Part shown: positions 61,843 to 64,000 of the stretch, piece after piece
Numbering within the stretch: the stretch's first letter is position 1
Layout: the number at the start of each line of letters is the position of its first letter
NCBI GenBank assembly: GCA_965215335.1
Contig: CBDCDA010000002.1
Location: forward strand, 32,001 to 96,000
Origin: an uncultured Candidatus Entotheonella sp.
GTDB taxonomy: Bacteria; Tectomicrobia; Entotheonellia; Entotheonellales; Entotheonellaceae
Reading direction: 5' to 3'
Length of the DNA stretch: 64,000 nt
Position numbers and translations under genes: made by a program
Notes under the pieces: generated by a model
Database searches by the model: none
What the model saw: only the letters and a program-made list of their open reading frames with translations
What the model was told of the DNA's origin: nothing

Positions 61843-63804
61843 ATGAACCCCATGCCCAGTGCGCCCGACACCTTTCCCAAGTTTCTCCTCGACCGCGCCG
61901 GCCGCCATGCGGAACGCATCGCCATGCGCGAGAAAGACCTCGGCATCTGGCTGGAATACAGCTGGGGGCAGGTGCTCGACGAGGTGCGGGCGCTGGCCTG
62001 CGGGCTGGCCGCCAAGGGCCTGCAACGCGGCGACAAGGTGGCGATCGTCGGCGACAACCGGCCGCAACTCTACTGGGCCATGGTGGCGACGCAATGCCTC
62101 GGCGGGGTGCCGGTGCCGCTGTACCAGGACGCCGTGGCCGAGGAACTGCAGTTCGTCCTGGAGCACGCCGAAACGCGCTTCGCCATCGTCGAAGACCAGG
62201 AGCAGGTGGACAAGCTGCTGCTCGTCATGGCGCGCTGTCCGCAGCTCGAACTGATCATTTACAACGACCCGCGCGGGCTGCGCCACTACAGCGAGCCGTT
62301 CCTGTTCGACTTCGCGGCCATCCAGGCGGCAGGACGCGACTTCGACGCCCGACGGCCCGCATTTTTCGAGGCGCAGGTCGCCCTGGGGCAGGGCGACCAC
62401 CTGGCGGTCATTCTCTACACCTCCGGCACTACGGGGCGACCGAAGGGCGTCATGCTGTCATACGACAACATCGTCATCACCTCCCGCAATGCCCTGCAGC
62501 GCGAGGGGCTGGGGGACACGGAGGAGATCCTGTCGTACCTGCCGATGGCGTGGGTCGGCGACCACATCTTTTCCTACGGACAGTTCTACTGCGGTGGCTT
62601 CACCCTCAATTGCCCGGAGAGCAGCGACACGGTGCTCACGGACCTGCACGACATCGGCCCGACCTACTTCTTCGCGCCACCGCGCATGTGGGAAAACATC
62701 CTGACGTCGGTGATGATCCGCCTCGAAGACGCCGCCTGGATCAAGCGCAAGGCGTGCCATTTCTTCTTGCAGGTGGCGCAGCGCGTCGGCGCCCGCAAGC
62801 TCGCCAACGCTGCGGTCAATCCCCTCGACGCCTTCCTGTATCGCCTCGGCCACGCGCTGGTCTACGGGCCGCTCAAGGACAATCTGGGCTTCAGCCGCAT
62901 TCGCCTGGCCTACACCGCCGGCGAGGCCATCGGCGCCGAGATTTTCACCTTCTATCGCTCGCTCGGCATCAACATCAAGCAACTTTACGGCATGACGGAA
63001 GCCAGCGTCTTTGTCTGCGTGCAGCCGGACGGCGACGTGAAGCCCGACACCGTCGGCACGGTGATGCCCGAGGTGGAACTCAAGATCGCCGCCGACGGCG
63101 AGGTCATGTACCGCAGTCCGGGCGTGTTCCTGGGCTATTACAAGAACCCCGACGCCACCGCCGAGGCGCTGGAGGACGGCTGGGTGCATTCGGGCGACGC
63201 CGGCTACCTGGACGACGAGGGGCACCTGAAGATCATCGACCGCGCCCGTGACGTCAGCCACCTCGCCGACGGGCAGGAAACATTGTTCGCGCCGCGCTAC
63301 CTCGAAAACAAGCTGAAATTCAGCCCCTACGTCAAGGAGGCCGTGGCCTTCGGGCAGGAGCGGCCCTACGTCGGCGTCTTCATCAACATCGACCTGGAGG
63401 CGGTCGGCACCTGGGCCGAGCGCCGCGGCCTGGTCTATACCAGCTACGCCGACCTGGCGGCGCGCCCGGAGGTCTACGACCTCGTGCAGGGCGAGATCGA
63501 GCGCGTCAACGCCAGCCTGGCCGAGGAGCCGCAGATGGCGGGCGCCCAGCTGCGGCGCTTTCTGGTGCTGCACAAGGAACTCGACCCCGACGACGGCGAA
63601 CTCACCCGCACTCGCAAGGTGCGGCGGCGCGTCATCGCCGACAAGTATGGCGATCTCATCGAAGCCCTGTATAGCGACGACGAGTCCGTAGCGATCGAGG
63701 CACAGGTGGTTTTCGAGGACGGCCGCACCGGCATGATGAAGGCGGACCTGCGGCTCCGCGACGTCACCCCGCAAGCCGCCGAAACGCTGGCCCGGGTCGG
63801 TTGA
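61843..63804 (+). CDS. Long-chain acyl-CoA ligase (AMP-binding)
   Basis: REKDLGIW, YTSGTTGRPKG, QLYGMTE, HSGDAG, IIDRARD, ELTRTRKVRR. Confidence 0.92.
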   Translation: MNPMPSAPDTFPKFLLDRAGRHAERIAMREKDLGIWLEYSWGQVLDEVRALACGLAAKGLQRGDKVAIVGDNRPQLYWAMVATQCLGGVPVPLYQDAVAEELQFVLEHAETRFAIVEDQEQVDKLLLVMARCPQLELIIYNDPRGLRHYSEPFLFDFAAIQAAGRDFDARRPAFFEAQVALGQGDHLAVILYTSGTTGRPKGVMLSYDNIVITSRNALQREGLGDTEEILSYLPMAWVGDHIFSYGQFYCGGFTLNCPESSDTVLTDLHDIGPTYFFAPPRMWENILTSVMIRLEDAAWIKRKACHFFLQVAQRVGARKLANAAVNPLDAFLYRLGHALVYGPLKDNLGFSRIRLAYTAGEAIGAEIFTFYRSLGINIKQLYGMTEASVFVCVQPDGDVKPDTVGTVMPEVELKIAADGEVMYRSPGVFLGYYKNPDATAEALEDGWVHSGDAGYLDDEGHLKIIDRARDVSHLADGQETLFAPRYLENKLKFSPYVKEAVAFGQERPYVGVFINIDLEAVGTWAERRGLVYTSYADLAARPEVYDLVQGEIERVNASLAEEPQMAGAQLRRFLVLHKELDPDDGELTRTRKVRRRVIADKYGDLIEALYSDDESVAIEAQVVFEDGRTGMMKADLRLRDVTPQAAETLARVG

Positions 63805-63820
63805 GGCGAGCGCAAAACCC

Positions 63821-64000
63821 ATGAACGACCGGGAGAGTCTGTTGCGCGTCGAGGGCGTCAGCCTGTCGTTCGGCGCCGTGCAGGCGCTGATCGACATCGG
63901 CATCGAGGTCTACGGCGGCGAAATCCTCGCCGTCATCGGCCCGAACGGCGCCGGCAAGACCTCGCTGCTCAACGTCATCAACGGCGTCTATCGCCCCCAG
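63821..64000 (+). CDS. ABC transporter ATP-binding protein, LivG-like (runs off the right edge)
   Basis: Manual translation: MNDRESLLRVEGVSLSFGAVQAL...AVIGPNGAGKTSLLNVINGVYRPQ. Confidence 0.85.
   Translation, partial: MNDRESLLRVEGVSLSFGAVQALIDIGIEVYGGEILAVIGPNGAGKTSLLNVINGVYRPQ

Overview
GC-rich bacterial chromosome segment, mostly core and metabolic genes. It comes from a diderm: bamD is present, there is an ExbBD/TolQR pair, and DnaK carries the Gram-negative insert. Gene order (ccsA-hemA-hemC-hemB; tsaB-DUF465-ilvBN-psd-pssA) resembles deltaproteobacterial/Nitrospinae/Tectomicrobia-like genomes; this taxonomy is inference only. Left to right: a Pup-proteasome operon (arc-dop-pup-prcB-prcA, cut by the window edge); heme genes; rsmD (frameshifted), mnmA, mutL, guaB, dnaE, exbBD; a GNAT-GNAT-MshA-like-VanZ cluster; a tRNA Gly-Cys-Leu operon with plsY, pgsA, bamD; ilvBN, psd, pssA, argC; three acyl-CoA dehydrogenases and a thiolase-fold protein lacking both catalytic cysteines; rqcH; dnaK-grpE; an MFS transporter; an operon of citrate synthase-like, prpF, aconitase, Zn-dependent MetE-like and DoxX genes with no prpB; a heterodimeric ABC exporter; an M16 protease; a crotonase; a USP; brnTA; and an acyl-CoA ligase plus ABC ATPase. 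Three genes carry +1 frameshifts at homopolymers, possibly sequencing errors. No CRISPR array, transposase, integrase or rRNA was recognised. Best candidates for something new: the prpC-like/prpF/aconitase/MetE-like operon, the Cys-less thiolase with a C-terminal extra domain, the Pup system with an N-terminally extended GGE Pup in a diderm, and the GNAT/MshA-like cluster. All calls come from reading motifs by eye; no searches were run.
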